A stretch of DNA of 64,000 nucleotides from an uncultured Candidatus Rokubacteria bacterium (GTDB lineage Bacteria; Methylomirabilota; Methylomirabilia; Rokubacteriales; DASRDR01): the NCBI GenBank assembly GCA_963805625.1, contig CAWDVE010000017.1, positions 160,001-224,000 of the forward strand, read 5' to 3'. The first letter of the stretch is position 1, and the number at the start of each line of letters is the position of its first letter. The translations under genes were made by a program, and so were the position numbers. This document shows positions 30,666 through 39,665 of the stretch, piece after piece. The notes beneath the pieces are model-generated. The model saw only the letters and a program-made list of their open reading frames with translations. It ran no database searches and was not told the origin of the DNA.

Positions 30666-31940
30666 ATGCGAATCTGCCACGTGCTGCTCTCGATCACCGT
30701 CGCTCTCGTCCTCGCGCTCCCGGTCGCGCCGGCCGTCGCCCAGCAGAAGGAAGTCGTGATCGGGATGCTGTACCCCCTGAGCGGCCCGACGGCGTCGGCG
30801 GGGCTCGACGAGAAGCACGTCTACGAGCTCTTCGCCGACATGGTCAACGGCAAGGAGCCGATGATCCCCGGCGCCTTCTACCAGCAGCTCAAGGGCCTGC
30901 CCGGGTTCCCGGGCGGGGCCCGGCTCCGCCTCATCTTCGTCGACCACCAGGGCAAGCCCGATATCGGCCAGGCCGAGGCAGAGCGCCTGATCACCCAGGA
31001 GAAGGCGCACGTCCTTGTGGGCTCGTGGCAGTCGAGCGTCACGGCAACGACGAGCCAGGTCGCCGAGCGCTTCGGCATCCCGCACTTCAACTCCGAGTCG
31101 AGCTCGCCGGGGCTCACGCGCCGCGGGTTCAAGTGGTTCTTCCGGTCGTCGCCCCACGACGAGCACTTCACGCAGGCGATGTTCGACTTCCTGGCCGACT
31201 TCCAGAAGAAGCGGGGCGTCAAGCTGGAGACGGTCGCCATCTCGAACGAGGACACCCTGTTCGGGACCGACTCGGCGAAGGCGCAGCGCGCGCTCGCCCA
31301 GAAGGCCGGCTATCGGATCGTGACCGAGTTCGCGTACCGGGCGAACAGCACGTCGCTGACCGCCGAGGTGCAGAAGCTCAAGGCCGCGAACCCGGACGTG
31401 TGGTTCCCGACCTCGTACCAGTCCGACGCCATCCTCTTCACGCGGACGTCCAAGGAGCTCGACTGGAACCCGAAGATCATCCTCGCCCAGAACTCGGGGC
31501 ACATCGACCCGAAGTTCATCGAGGCCACCGGGAAGGACTCCGAGGGATACCTCTCGCGCTCGCCCTTCGCGCAGGATCTGGTTGAGAAGACCCCGGTGGC
31601 GAAGGCCGTCAATCCCAGCTACAAGGCGCGCTCGGGCAAGGACCTCTACGACCTGCCGGCCCGCGCGTTCACCGGCATCGTGACGCTGGTGGACGCCCTC
31701 AACCGCGCCGGCTCGACGGAGCCGGAGGCGATCCGCGCGGCTCTCGCCAAGACCGACATCAAGGCCGCTGACCTCCTGGTGCCCTGGACCGGCGTCAAGT
31801 TCGACGAGACGGGCCAGAATGTCGGGGTGCGGGCGATCATCGTCCAGCTCCAGGGTGGGAAGTACTGGACCGTCTGGCCATTCGAGGTGGCGGCGCGCGA
31901 AATCCTCTATCCCATCCCGAGGTGGTCCGACCGGAAGTAG
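30666..31940 (+). CDS. ABC transporter substrate-binding protein (branched-chain amino acid/LivJ family)
   Basis: Signal peptide, IG..YPLSG, DHQGKP..G..EAERLI, WFFR, LNRAGSTEPEAIRAAL. Confidence 0.9.
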   Translation: MRICHVLLSITVALVLALPVAPAVAQQKEVVIGMLYPLSGPTASAGLDEKHVYELFADMVNGKEPMIPGAFYQQLKGLPGFPGGARLRLIFVDHQGKPDIGQAEAERLITQEKAHVLVGSWQSSVTATTSQVAERFGIPHFNSESSSPGLTRRGFKWFFRSSPHDEHFTQAMFDFLADFQKKRGVKLETVAISNEDTLFGTDSAKAQRALAQKAGYRIVTEFAYRANSTSLTAEVQKLKAANPDVWFPTSYQSDAILFTRTSKELDWNPKIILAQNSGHIDPKFIEATGKDSEGYLSRSPFAQDLVEKTPVAKAVNPSYKARSGKDLYDLPARAFTGIVTLVDALNRAGSTEPEAIRAALAKTDIKAADLLVPWTGVKFDETGQNVGVRAIIVQLQGGKYWTVWPFEVAAREILYPIPRWSDRK

Positions 31941-31970
31941 GGCCGCGCGCCGGCCCTCGAGGGTGAAGCG

Positions 31971-33992
31971 GTGAGTGTCCGTGTCGGAATCGACGTCGGG
32001 GGGACGTTCACCGACCTCGTCGCCATCGATCCCGCCTCCGGGGTGGTCCGCTCCCGCAAGGTCCTCACGACGCCCGAGGCGCCGGCGCGCGGCGTCCTGG
32101 CGGGTCTCCAGGCGCTGGCGCCCGACGCGAGCTCGATCGCCCACGGGACCACGATCGTCACGAACGCCATCGTCGAGGGCCGGCACGCTCGCACGGCCCT
32201 CGTCACCACGCGGGGCTTCCGGGACGTGCTCGAGATCGCCCGCCAGAGCCGCCAGGAGCTCTACCGGCTCGACGTCCCGCCGCGGCCGCCGCCGCTCGTG
32301 CCCCGCCACCTCCGGCTCGAGGTGACGGAGCGCGTCTTCGCCGATGGCCGGGTCGCCGTGGCCCTCGCGGAGGACGAGCTGCCGGCGCTGGTGGCCGAGC
32401 TCCGCGCGAGCGGCGTCGAGGCGGTGGCGGTCTGCCTCCTCCATGCCTACGCGCATCCGGCCCACGAAGCGCGCCTCCGTGCGGCGCTCGAGGGGCAGGT
32501 CCCCTTCGTTTCCGCCTCGCACGAGATCAACGCGGAGTATCGGGAATACGAGCGCACGGCGACGACGGCGCTGAACGCGGCGGTCATGCCGATCGCCGAC
32601 CGCTACCTCGCCGACCTCGACGCCTCGCTCGCCCGGGCGGGCGTCGGCGCGACGCTCCACCTGCTCCAGTCGAGCGGCGGCATGATGTCGGCGGCGGTCG
32701 CGCGGCGGCGCCCGCTTGCCATGGCCGTATCCGGGCCAGCGGGGGGCGTTGCGGCGTCGCGGTTCCTCGCTGAGACTGTTGGCCTCCGGAACGCCATCGC
32801 CTTCGACATGGGTGGGACGACCACGGACGTCTGCCTGATCGCCGACGGGCGGGCGGAGACCCTGCCCCAGCGTCGGCTGGGCGGGCACCCCGTGCGGCTC
32901 CCCTCGGTCGGCGTCGAGTCTATCGGCGCGGGCGGGGGCTCGCTAGCCCGGGCTGAGGGCGTCGCGCTCCGAGTCGGGCCGGAGAGCGCGGGGGCCCGGC
33001 CGGGTCCCGCGTGCTACGGTCTCGGGGGCACGGCGCCCACCGTAACCGACGCGCACGCGGTGGCGGGCACGCTCCGGGCCGACGCCCTCCTCGGCGAGGC
33101 GATCCGCGTGGACGGGGCCCGTGCTCGGGCGGCGCTCGAGCCCGTGGCGCGCACGCTCGGGCTCGGGCTCCACGAGGCGGCGGCGGGCGTCCTCGAGGTG
33201 GCGAACGCCGCGATGCGACGCGCGATCCGCCTCATCTCCGTCCAGCGGGGCCGCGACCTTCGCGGCTTCACGCTGATCGCCTACGGCGGCGCCGGACCGC
33301 TCCACGCGGGGCGGCTGGCGCAGGAGCTCGGCATGCCGGGCGTGGTTGTCCCCGCGCACGCGGGCGTCTTCTCGGCGCTCGGCTGCGTCGTGGCCGAGGT
33401 GGCCTACGACCACGTTCAGACCTTCTATCGGTCGCTCGACGGCCTGGCGGCAACGGAGCTCGATGCCCGGTTCGCGCCGCTGGTGGCGGCGGTGCGCGCC
33501 CCTCTCCTGGCCGAGGGCCATCGGCCCGAGGCGATCGAGGTGCGGCGGAGCGTCGACGTCCGGTACGTCGGGCAGAACTACGAGCTCGAGGTGGCGTGGG
33601 CCGGGGACGTCGACGGGCTCCGCGCGAGTTTCCATGCCCTCCACCGGCAGCTCTACGCGTACGCGACGGACGACGCGGCAGAGTGCGTGAACCTCCGCGT
33701 CCGCGCCGGGGTCGAGGCGGTGGGGGCGCGGCTGCCGGAGTGGCCCGCGACCGGGACCGGCCAGCCGTTTGCGGAGCACGAAGCGTACTTCCCCGAGACC
33801 GGGTCCACCGTCCTCCCGGTGTACCGGCGGGAGGATCTCCCACCCGACCAGCCGGTCATGGGTCCGGCCCTCATCGAGGATCCGTGGGCCACGACCCTCG
33901 TCTACCCGAGCCACACGGCCCGCCTCGACCGCGCCGGGAACCTGTGGATGGGTGCCGGCTCGGACTTCCTGTCGATGGGGGTCAGACTGTGA
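31971..33992 (+). CDS. Hydantoinase/oxoprolinase A subunit
   Basis: GIDVGGTFTD, HGTT, EYER..T, SGPAGG, DMGGTTTD, IGAGGGS, SAGARPGPACY, YGGAGPLH. Confidence 0.93.
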   Translation: MSVRVGIDVGGTFTDLVAIDPASGVVRSRKVLTTPEAPARGVLAGLQALAPDASSIAHGTTIVTNAIVEGRHARTALVTTRGFRDVLEIARQSRQELYRLDVPPRPPPLVPRHLRLEVTERVFADGRVAVALAEDELPALVAELRASGVEAVAVCLLHAYAHPAHEARLRAALEGQVPFVSASHEINAEYREYERTATTALNAAVMPIADRYLADLDASLARAGVGATLHLLQSSGGMMSAAVARRRPLAMAVSGPAGGVAASRFLAETVGLRNAIAFDMGGTTTDVCLIADGRAETLPQRRLGGHPVRLPSVGVESIGAGGGSLARAEGVALRVGPESAGARPGPACYGLGGTAPTVTDAHAVAGTLRADALLGEAIRVDGARARAALEPVARTLGLGLHEAAAGVLEVANAAMRRAIRLISVQRGRDLRGFTLIAYGGAGPLHAGRLAQELGMPGVVVPAHAGVFSALGCVVAEVAYDHVQTFYRSLDGLAATELDARFAPLVAAVRAPLLAEGHRPEAIEVRRSVDVRYVGQNYELEVAWAGDVDGLRASFHALHRQLYAYATDDAAECVNLRVRAGVEAVGARLPEWPATGTGQPFAEHEAYFPETGSTVLPVYRREDLPPDQPVMGPALIEDPWATTLVYPSHTARLDRAGNLWMGAGSDFLSMGVRL

Positions 33993-34035
33993 TGGTCCCA
34001 TGCTCCGGCGCTTGCCACTCCCCGGAGACGCAGAA

Positions 34036-35700
34036 ATGTCGGTCAGTCAGAGCCTGAGCCCGGTCACCCTGGAAGTCGTGCGCCACGCGATCTACGCGAT
34101 CGCGGATGAGATGAGCCTCATCATCATGCGCTCCGCGCGCTCCACGCTGCTCAAGGAGACGGGCGACCTGTCGAGCGCGCTCACCGACGCGCGCGGCCGG
34201 CTCATCGCCCAGGGCCGTGACATCCCTATCCACCTCGGCGTGATGGCCTTCACGGTGAAGGAGTTCCTCCGGCGCGTGCCGCGGCGGGAGCTCCGCGACG
34301 GAGACGTCTGGTACCTGAACCTCCCCGAGGTCGGCGGCAACCACCTTCCCGACGTGAAAGCGATCCGGCCAGTGTTCGCGGGCGGGCGGCTCGTCGCCTT
34401 CGCCATCAACCTCGCCCACTGGGTTGACATCGGCGGCGCCGTCCCAGGGTCGTACGTGCCGTGGGCGGACGAGGCCATTCAGGAGGGGCTCCGGATCGCG
34501 CCGATCAAGGTGTTCGACCGGAAGGGGCCCACGCGGGCCCTCGACTTCATCATGGCGAACGTCCGTGGCCGGGAGGAGCGCGAGGGCGACTGCCGCGCCA
34601 TGTACTCCGCGGTCGAGGTCGGGGCCCGGCGTCTCGGCGAGCTCTTCGAGCGCTATGGGTCTCCAACGATCCTCGGCTGCTTCGACCGCTACCGGGCCGA
34701 GTCGGAGGCCGCCATGCGGGCGGCGATCCGCGGGATCCCCGACGGCGTGTACGCGGGTGAGGACTGGATCGACGACGACGGCCACGAGGATCGGCCCGTG
34801 CCGGTCCGGGTGACCGTCGCCGTGCGGGGCGAGCGCGCCGCGTTCGACTTCACCGGCACCGGCCCGGCGGTAAAGGGCCCGGTGAACGCGACGCCGTTTG
34901 TCACCTGCTCCGCGGTCTACTACAGTGTGAAATCGCTCGTCGCCCCCGACGTTCCCGCGAACGACGGGTGCTACCGTCCCATTACGGCGCACATCCCGCC
35001 GGGCACGATCCTGAACCCGCCACTCAGCGCTCCGGTCGTCGGCGGCAATCACGAGACGTCCCAGCGGGTCGTGGACGCGTGCTACAAGGCGCTCGCTCAG
35101 GCCATTCCCGAGCGCATCACCGCCGGCGGTCCCACCACCGCAGGGATCCTCCTCTTCGGCAGCCGCCAGGACGGGCGGTGGCGCATCTTCTACGAGGTCC
35201 ACGGAGGCGGGGAAGGCGCCAGCGCGACGCGGGACGGTGGCCACGCCGTGCGGGTCCACATGTCCAACGTCATGAACACGGCGGTCGAGGTCGTCGAGAC
35301 CGAGCACCCGTTCGAGATCCTCCGCCACGCCCTCCGGCCGGGGAGCGGCGGCGCCGGCGCACACCGGGGCGGGTGCGGCTTCACGCGGGCGTATCGGCTT
35401 CTGGCCGACGCCACGCTTACGACCATGCTCGAGCGACGCGTCGTCCCGCCGTGGGGCGCGTTCGGCGGCGCTCCCGGCGCCCCCTACCGCGTCACGCTCG
35501 AGCGGAGCGGGACGGCGCGCGACGTCAAGGGAAAGGAGACGCTCCGCCTCCGGGCCGGCGACGTCGTCGTGATCGAGACCTGCGGGGGCGGCGGGTACGG
35601 CGACCCGGCGGCCCGGTCGCCCGAGCTCCTAGCCCGCGACCGGCTCGAGGGGTACGTGCCCGCCGAGTCTGCGAGCGCGGACGGCGATGGCCGCGCCTGA
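34036..35700 (+). CDS. Hydantoinase B/oxoprolinase subunit
   Basis: PIHLG, GGNHLPD, AHWVDIGG, QEGLRI, SGGAG.HRGG.G, TCGGGGYGDP. Confidence 0.93.
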   Translation: MSVSQSLSPVTLEVVRHAIYAIADEMSLIIMRSARSTLLKETGDLSSALTDARGRLIAQGRDIPIHLGVMAFTVKEFLRRVPRRELRDGDVWYLNLPEVGGNHLPDVKAIRPVFAGGRLVAFAINLAHWVDIGGAVPGSYVPWADEAIQEGLRIAPIKVFDRKGPTRALDFIMANVRGREEREGDCRAMYSAVEVGARRLGELFERYGSPTILGCFDRYRAESEAAMRAAIRGIPDGVYAGEDWIDDDGHEDRPVPVRVTVAVRGERAAFDFTGTGPAVKGPVNATPFVTCSAVYYSVKSLVAPDVPANDGCYRPITAHIPPGTILNPPLSAPVVGGNHETSQRVVDACYKALAQAIPERITAGGPTTAGILLFGSRQDGRWRIFYEVHGGGEGASATRDGGHAVRVHMSNVMNTAVEVVETEHPFEILRHALRPGSGGAGAHRGGCGFTRAYRLLADATLTTMLERRVVPPWGAFGGAPGAPYRVTLERSGTARDVKGKETLRLRAGDVVVIETCGGGGYGDPAARSPELLARDRLEGYVPAESASADGDGRA

Positions 35701-35711
35701 GGGAGATCCTG

Positions 35712-36491
35712 ATGAAGCTCGCGGGCCAGACGGCGCTCGTGACGGGGGCGGCGAAGGGCATGGGGCGTGCCATCTCGCTCCGCCTCGCGGAGGAGGGGGC
35801 GGATCTCGTCCTCGCTGCGCGCGAGGTTCCGCCCCTCGAGGCGGTGGCCGCGGAGGCCCGCGCCCTCGGGCGGCGGACCCTCGTCGTCCCCGTCGACGTC
35901 CGCGACGAGGATCAGGTCCGAGCCATGGTCGCGAGCGCGCTCAGAACCTTCGATCGCATCGACGCCCTCGTGAACTGCGCGGGAACCACCGGACCCGTCG
36001 AGACGCCCGTTCAAGACATCCGGGCGGAGGACTGGGACGATCTCCTCGCGATTAACCTCAGGGGCACCTTCCTTCCGACCAAGCACGTCGTGCCGGTGAT
36101 GCTCCGCCAGCACCGCGGGAAGATCGTGAACATCGCGGGGACCTCCGGTCTTCGGGGATACAAGCTCCGCGCGGCCTACTCGTCCTCCAAGTGGGCAGTG
36201 CGCGGGTTCACGCGGACGGTTGCGCTCGAGGTCGGCCCCCACGGGATCAACGTCAACTGCGTTGCCCCCGGGATCGTGGCGGGGGAGCGCATGGACCGGC
36301 TCTGCCGCGAGAAGGCGAAGAAGCGCGGGTGGACGCCCGAGCAGGTCTACGAGGAGTACGTGCAGGAGATGGCGCTCCGCCGCGTCACGACAGCCGAGGA
36401 CATCGCGAACGCCGTGCTGTTCCTCTGCAGCGAGGAGTCGCGTAACATGACCGGGCAGTGCCTGACGGTGGACGGCGGCTGGGACGTGTAG
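35712..36491 (+). CDS. SDR family NAD(P)-dependent oxidoreductase
   Basis: TGAAKGMG, NCAG, YSSSK, TG..LTVDGG. Confidence 0.92.
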   Translation: MKLAGQTALVTGAAKGMGRAISLRLAEEGADLVLAAREVPPLEAVAAEARALGRRTLVVPVDVRDEDQVRAMVASALRTFDRIDALVNCAGTTGPVETPVQDIRAEDWDDLLAINLRGTFLPTKHVVPVMLRQHRGKIVNIAGTSGLRGYKLRAAYSSSKWAVRGFTRTVALEVGPHGINVNCVAPGIVAGERMDRLCREKAKKRGWTPEQVYEEYVQEMALRRVTTAEDIANAVLFLCSEESRNMTGQCLTVDGGWDV

Positions 36492-36502
36492 CGGAGGATC
36501 GG

Positions 36503-37540
36503 ATGAAGCGCAGCGGGCTCACGAAGCAGGCGCCCCATCCCTGGCCCTTCTCGCACGGCGTAGTGGTCGAGGGGCCGGCGCGGCTCGTCTTCCTGGCCGG
36601 GCAGGTCGCGTTCGACCGTCACGGGCCCGACCGGCAGCTCGTCGGCGTCGGCGATCCGGCGGCGCAGACTCGCCAGGCGATCGAGAACGTTCGGACGCTC
36701 CTCCGCCAGGCCGGCGGCGACCTCCAACACGTGGTGGAGATGACCGTCTACGCGACCAGCGCGGAGCTCATGGAGCCGGCCGGCCGGGTCGCGCAGACGT
36801 ACTTCGCCGACCCGCTACCGGCGCAGTCGTTCATCGTGGTGAAGGCGCTCGCGCGCCCGGAGCTGCTCGTCGAGATCCGCGCGATTGCGGCCATCCCCCT
36901 GCCGCGCGCCGGGGGGCGCACGATCCGCGGCCGGCGACGGGCGCGCACGATCCGCGGCCAGGCGTCGGCCGCGCGCCCGGCGGACCTGACCAGGCCGGCC
37001 GAGAACCGGACGCGAGGAGGCAACATGGGACGAAAGGTGCTGGCGCCGACGGCGGACGCGAAGCCGATCGGCATGTACTCGGCGGGATTCTCCGTGGACC
37101 CGGCGCGCCTGGTGTTCGTCTCCGGGCAGGTGGCGATGAACGCCGAGGGCCATGTGGTGGGCGAGGGCGACATCAAGGTGCAGGCGGGCCAGGTGTACCG
37201 GAACCTGGCGGCGGTCCTGGCCGAGGCGGGCTGCACGCTCCGCGACGTCGTCAAGTTTACGACGTTCCTCGTCCGGAATGAGGACTGGACGCCGTTCGCC
37301 GAATGGCGCCGGGCCGAGTATCCGAAGCTGTTCCCGGATGGCGTCTATCCAGCGAACACCGGCGTCGTGGTGGTGGAGCTCGCGCGCCCGACCCTGCTCC
37401 TCGAGGTGGAAGCCATTGCCGTGCGGCCGGGCGGGCCGACGGCGCGAAGCCGGCGGCCGCGGGCCGGCGCGGCGAGCCGTCGGGGAGGTCGAGGCCCGGG
37501 AAAGAAGACGAGCCGGGCGCGCGGGCGGCGTCGCGCTTGA
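36503..37540 (+). CDS. Tandem Rid (YjgF/RidA) domains in one frame; the second has its own RBS and ATG at 37025
   Basis: Two copies of LVF.(A/S)GQVA...Q.....N....L..AG......VV....LARP.LL.E..A.A; GAGGAGG precedes ATG 37025. Confidence 0.8.
   Translation: MKRSGLTKQAPHPWPFSHGVVVEGPARLVFLAGQVAFDRHGPDRQLVGVGDPAAQTRQAIENVRTLLRQAGGDLQHVVEMTVYATSAELMEPAGRVAQTYFADPLPAQSFIVVKALARPELLVEIRAIAAIPLPRAGGRTIRGRRRARTIRGQASAARPADLTRPAENRTRGGNMGRKVLAPTADAKPIGMYSAGFSVDPARLVFVSGQVAMNAEGHVVGEGDIKVQAGQVYRNLAAVLAEAGCTLRDVVKFTTFLVRNEDWTPFAEWRRAEYPKLFPDGVYPANTGVVVVELARPTLLLEVEAIAVRPGGPTARSRRPRAGAASRRGGRGPGKKTSRARGRRRA
36916..36959 (+). repeat. 17-bp direct repeat with a 27-bp period in the Rid linker
   Basis: GCGCACGATCCGCGGCC at 36916-36932 and 36943-36959. 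Confidence 0.85.
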
Positions 37541-37556
37541 GAGGCCGTCCGGCGGC

Positions 37557-37808
37557 GTGGTCGTCACGGTGCGGTACATCTTCGGGCTCGCGCGGGCGGC
37601 GGACGGTGGCGACGCGCTCTCGCTCGAGCTGCCGGCCGGGTCGACGGTGTTCGAGGCGCTCCAGCGGCTGGGGCTGTCGGCGCTGGAGCTTCACGCGGCC
37701 GTCAACGGCGAGTCAGCCGCCGACGGCACAGTGCTCCGGGACGGCGACGAGATGATACTGATCCCGTCCATCCAGGGCGGGCGGGGTGAACGGGAGGCGT
37801 GGCCATGA
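37557..37808 (+). CDS. MoaD/ThiS-family sulfur carrier protein with a C-terminal extension
   Basis: LELPAGSTV.EAL..LGL, AVNGE, LRDGDE..LIPSIQGG followed by RGEREAWP. Confidence 0.75.
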   Translation: MVVTVRYIFGLARAADGGDALSLELPAGSTVFEALQRLGLSALELHAAVNGESAADGTVLRDGDEMILIPSIQGGRGEREAWP

Positions 37809-38317
37809 GACAGGCGATGGTCGTGGCGAGCGTGCTCGCGGGTCTTGGACTCGCAGGCACTCCGGCGGGGCCGGCGGCGGCCCAGACCCGCGTGATCGTG
37901 CCGATCGTCATCCAGACGCAACGAGCGGCGTCGCCGCAGTCGGCGCGCACGCCGTCCATCCACGTCACCTCCCGGACGGCGTCCCCCCAGCCGGGCGTGA
38001 CGACGACACGGGTCACGGTGCGAGACACCACGGGGGCCGGCCGGAGCGTCGGTTTCTCGCCGGCGAGCCAGACGATGGCGACCGTCCCGGCCGGGACACC
38101 CTCGGTCCTGGTCACGGTCGACCGGCGGCGCGGGCCGGACGGAGCCGGCGCCCCAGGCCGGACGCGGGTGACTGTCGAGGACGTCTCGCACTCGAACCGC
38201 GCTCTGGGCGGTCCCGCGCCCGTGTCGATCCAGCGGGCGGTCGGACTCGGGCACCAGACGCTAATCATCACGAGCGAGGCGCCCATCGACGCGCCGATCG
38301 TGATCCTGGCCCCCTAG
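37805..38317 (+). CDS. Hypothetical secreted Thr/Val-rich protein
   Basis: GGGAGG RBS, signal peptide ending AAA-Q, internal repeat TPS(I/V).VT...PG..TRVTV.D. Confidence 0.6.
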   Translation: MRQAMVVASVLAGLGLAGTPAGPAAAQTRVIVPIVIQTQRAASPQSARTPSIHVTSRTASPQPGVTTTRVTVRDTTGAGRSVGFSPASQTMATVPAGTPSVLVTVDRRRGPDGAGAPGRTRVTVEDVSHSNRALGGPAPVSIQRAVGLGHQTLIITSEAPIDAPIVILAP

Positions 38318-38319
38318 CG

Positions 38320-39174
38320 GTGCTCCTGCCGCGCTTCGAGTATCGGCGCGCGACGTCGTTGCTCCAGGCGGCGACGTTCCTTGCGGAGAACCCGGTGGCG
38401 CAGGCCCTCGCGGGGGGCACCGATCTCCTGGTCGACCTCCGCGAGCGGCGGCGGCAGCCGCCCATGCTCGTCGACGTCGGCGACCTGGCCGAGCTCCGGG
38501 GGATCGAGACGGACGACGGCACCACGCGGATCGGCGGCGGGGTGACGGTGGGCGAGCTGCTCGCCTCGCCCCTCGTCACGGCCCGCCTGCCGGCGCTTCG
38601 GGCCGCCGCCCGGGACTTCGCCGACTTCCTGACGCGGAACAAGGCCACGCTCGGTGGGAACCTCGCGAACGCGAGTCCCGGCGCCGATCTCGTCGTCCCC
38701 CTGCTGGCGCTGGACGCGGCCGTGGTTCTCGCGGGCCCGGGTGGCGAGCGGACGGTTCCGCTGGACGCCTTCCTGCTCGGACCCCGCCGGACGGCGGCAC
38801 GCCCCGGCGAGCTGATCCGGCAGGTCGTGGTGGCGCGGCACGGCGGCCGCCAGGCCTGGTACAAGCTCGGGCTGAAGCGTGGCGGCGCGATCGCGGTTGT
38901 GAGCGTCGCCACCTGGATCGCGCTGGATGCATCCGGGCGTGTCAGCGACGCGCGGATCGCCCTGGGCGCAGTGGGGCCGCGGCCGTTCCGCCCGCGCGAT
39001 GCGGAGGCGCACCTCGTCGGCGCCCCGCTCGACCCGGACCGCGTGGGGCGCGCGGCCGGCCTGGCCGCCGCCGCTGCCCGACCCATCACCGACGTGCGCG
39101 GCGGCGCCGACTACCGGACGGCCATGGTCCACGCGCTGGTCGCGCGCTGTCTCGGCGCCGCGAGGGGTGATTAG
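38320..39174 (+). CDS. Xanthine dehydrogenase-family FAD-binding subunit
   Basis: LAGGTDL, RNKATLGGNLANASPGAD, PITDVRG.ADYR. Confidence 0.9.
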   Translation: MLLPRFEYRRATSLLQAATFLAENPVAQALAGGTDLLVDLRERRRQPPMLVDVGDLAELRGIETDDGTTRIGGGVTVGELLASPLVTARLPALRAAARDFADFLTRNKATLGGNLANASPGADLVVPLLALDAAVVLAGPGGERTVPLDAFLLGPRRTAARPGELIRQVVVARHGGRQAWYKLGLKRGGAIAVVSVATWIALDASGRVSDARIALGAVGPRPFRPRDAEAHLVGAPLDPDRVGRAAGLAAAAARPITDVRGGADYRTAMVHALVARCLGAARGD

Positions 39175-39176
39175 CC

Positions 39177-39665
39177 GTGCGGCCCATCGAGCTCGTGCTG
39201 AACGGCACGCGGGTCCGGACGACGGTGGAGTCCCACGAGACCCTCCTGGGCGTGCTCCGCCAGCGCCTCGCGGCGACCGAGGTCAAGTCGGGCTGCGAGC
39301 GGGGCGACTGCGGCGCGTGCGCGGTCCTGCTCGACGGCCGGGCGATCAACTCCTGCCTGGCGCTGGCCGTCCAGGCGGACGGCCGCGCGGTCACGACGGT
39401 GCGCGGGCTCGGGACGCCGGAGGCCCCGCACCCGCTCCAGGCCGCTTTCATCGAGCTGGGCGCGGCGCAGTGCGGGATCTGCATCCCGGGCATGCTGGTC
39501 ACGCTCTATGCGGCCCTTGCGGCGAATCCCGACGCGAGCCGCCAGGAGATCCGCGAGGCGATCGGCGGCAATCTCTGCCGCTGCACCGGGTACCACAAGA
39601 TCGTGGACGCCGCCCTCGCCGCCGCCAGCTCGAGTCTCGGCCGGTCGGAGCGCCGTCATGAGTGA
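39177..39665 (+). CDS. Xanthine dehydrogenase-family [2Fe-2S] subunit
   Basis: GCERGDCGAC, QCGICIPG, GNLCRCTGY. Confidence 0.93.
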   Translation: MRPIELVLNGTRVRTTVESHETLLGVLRQRLAATEVKSGCERGDCGACAVLLDGRAINSCLALAVQADGRAVTTVRGLGTPEAPHPLQAAFIELGAAQCGICIPGMLVTLYAALAANPDASRQEIREAIGGNLCRCTGYHKIVDAALAAASSSLGRSERRHE

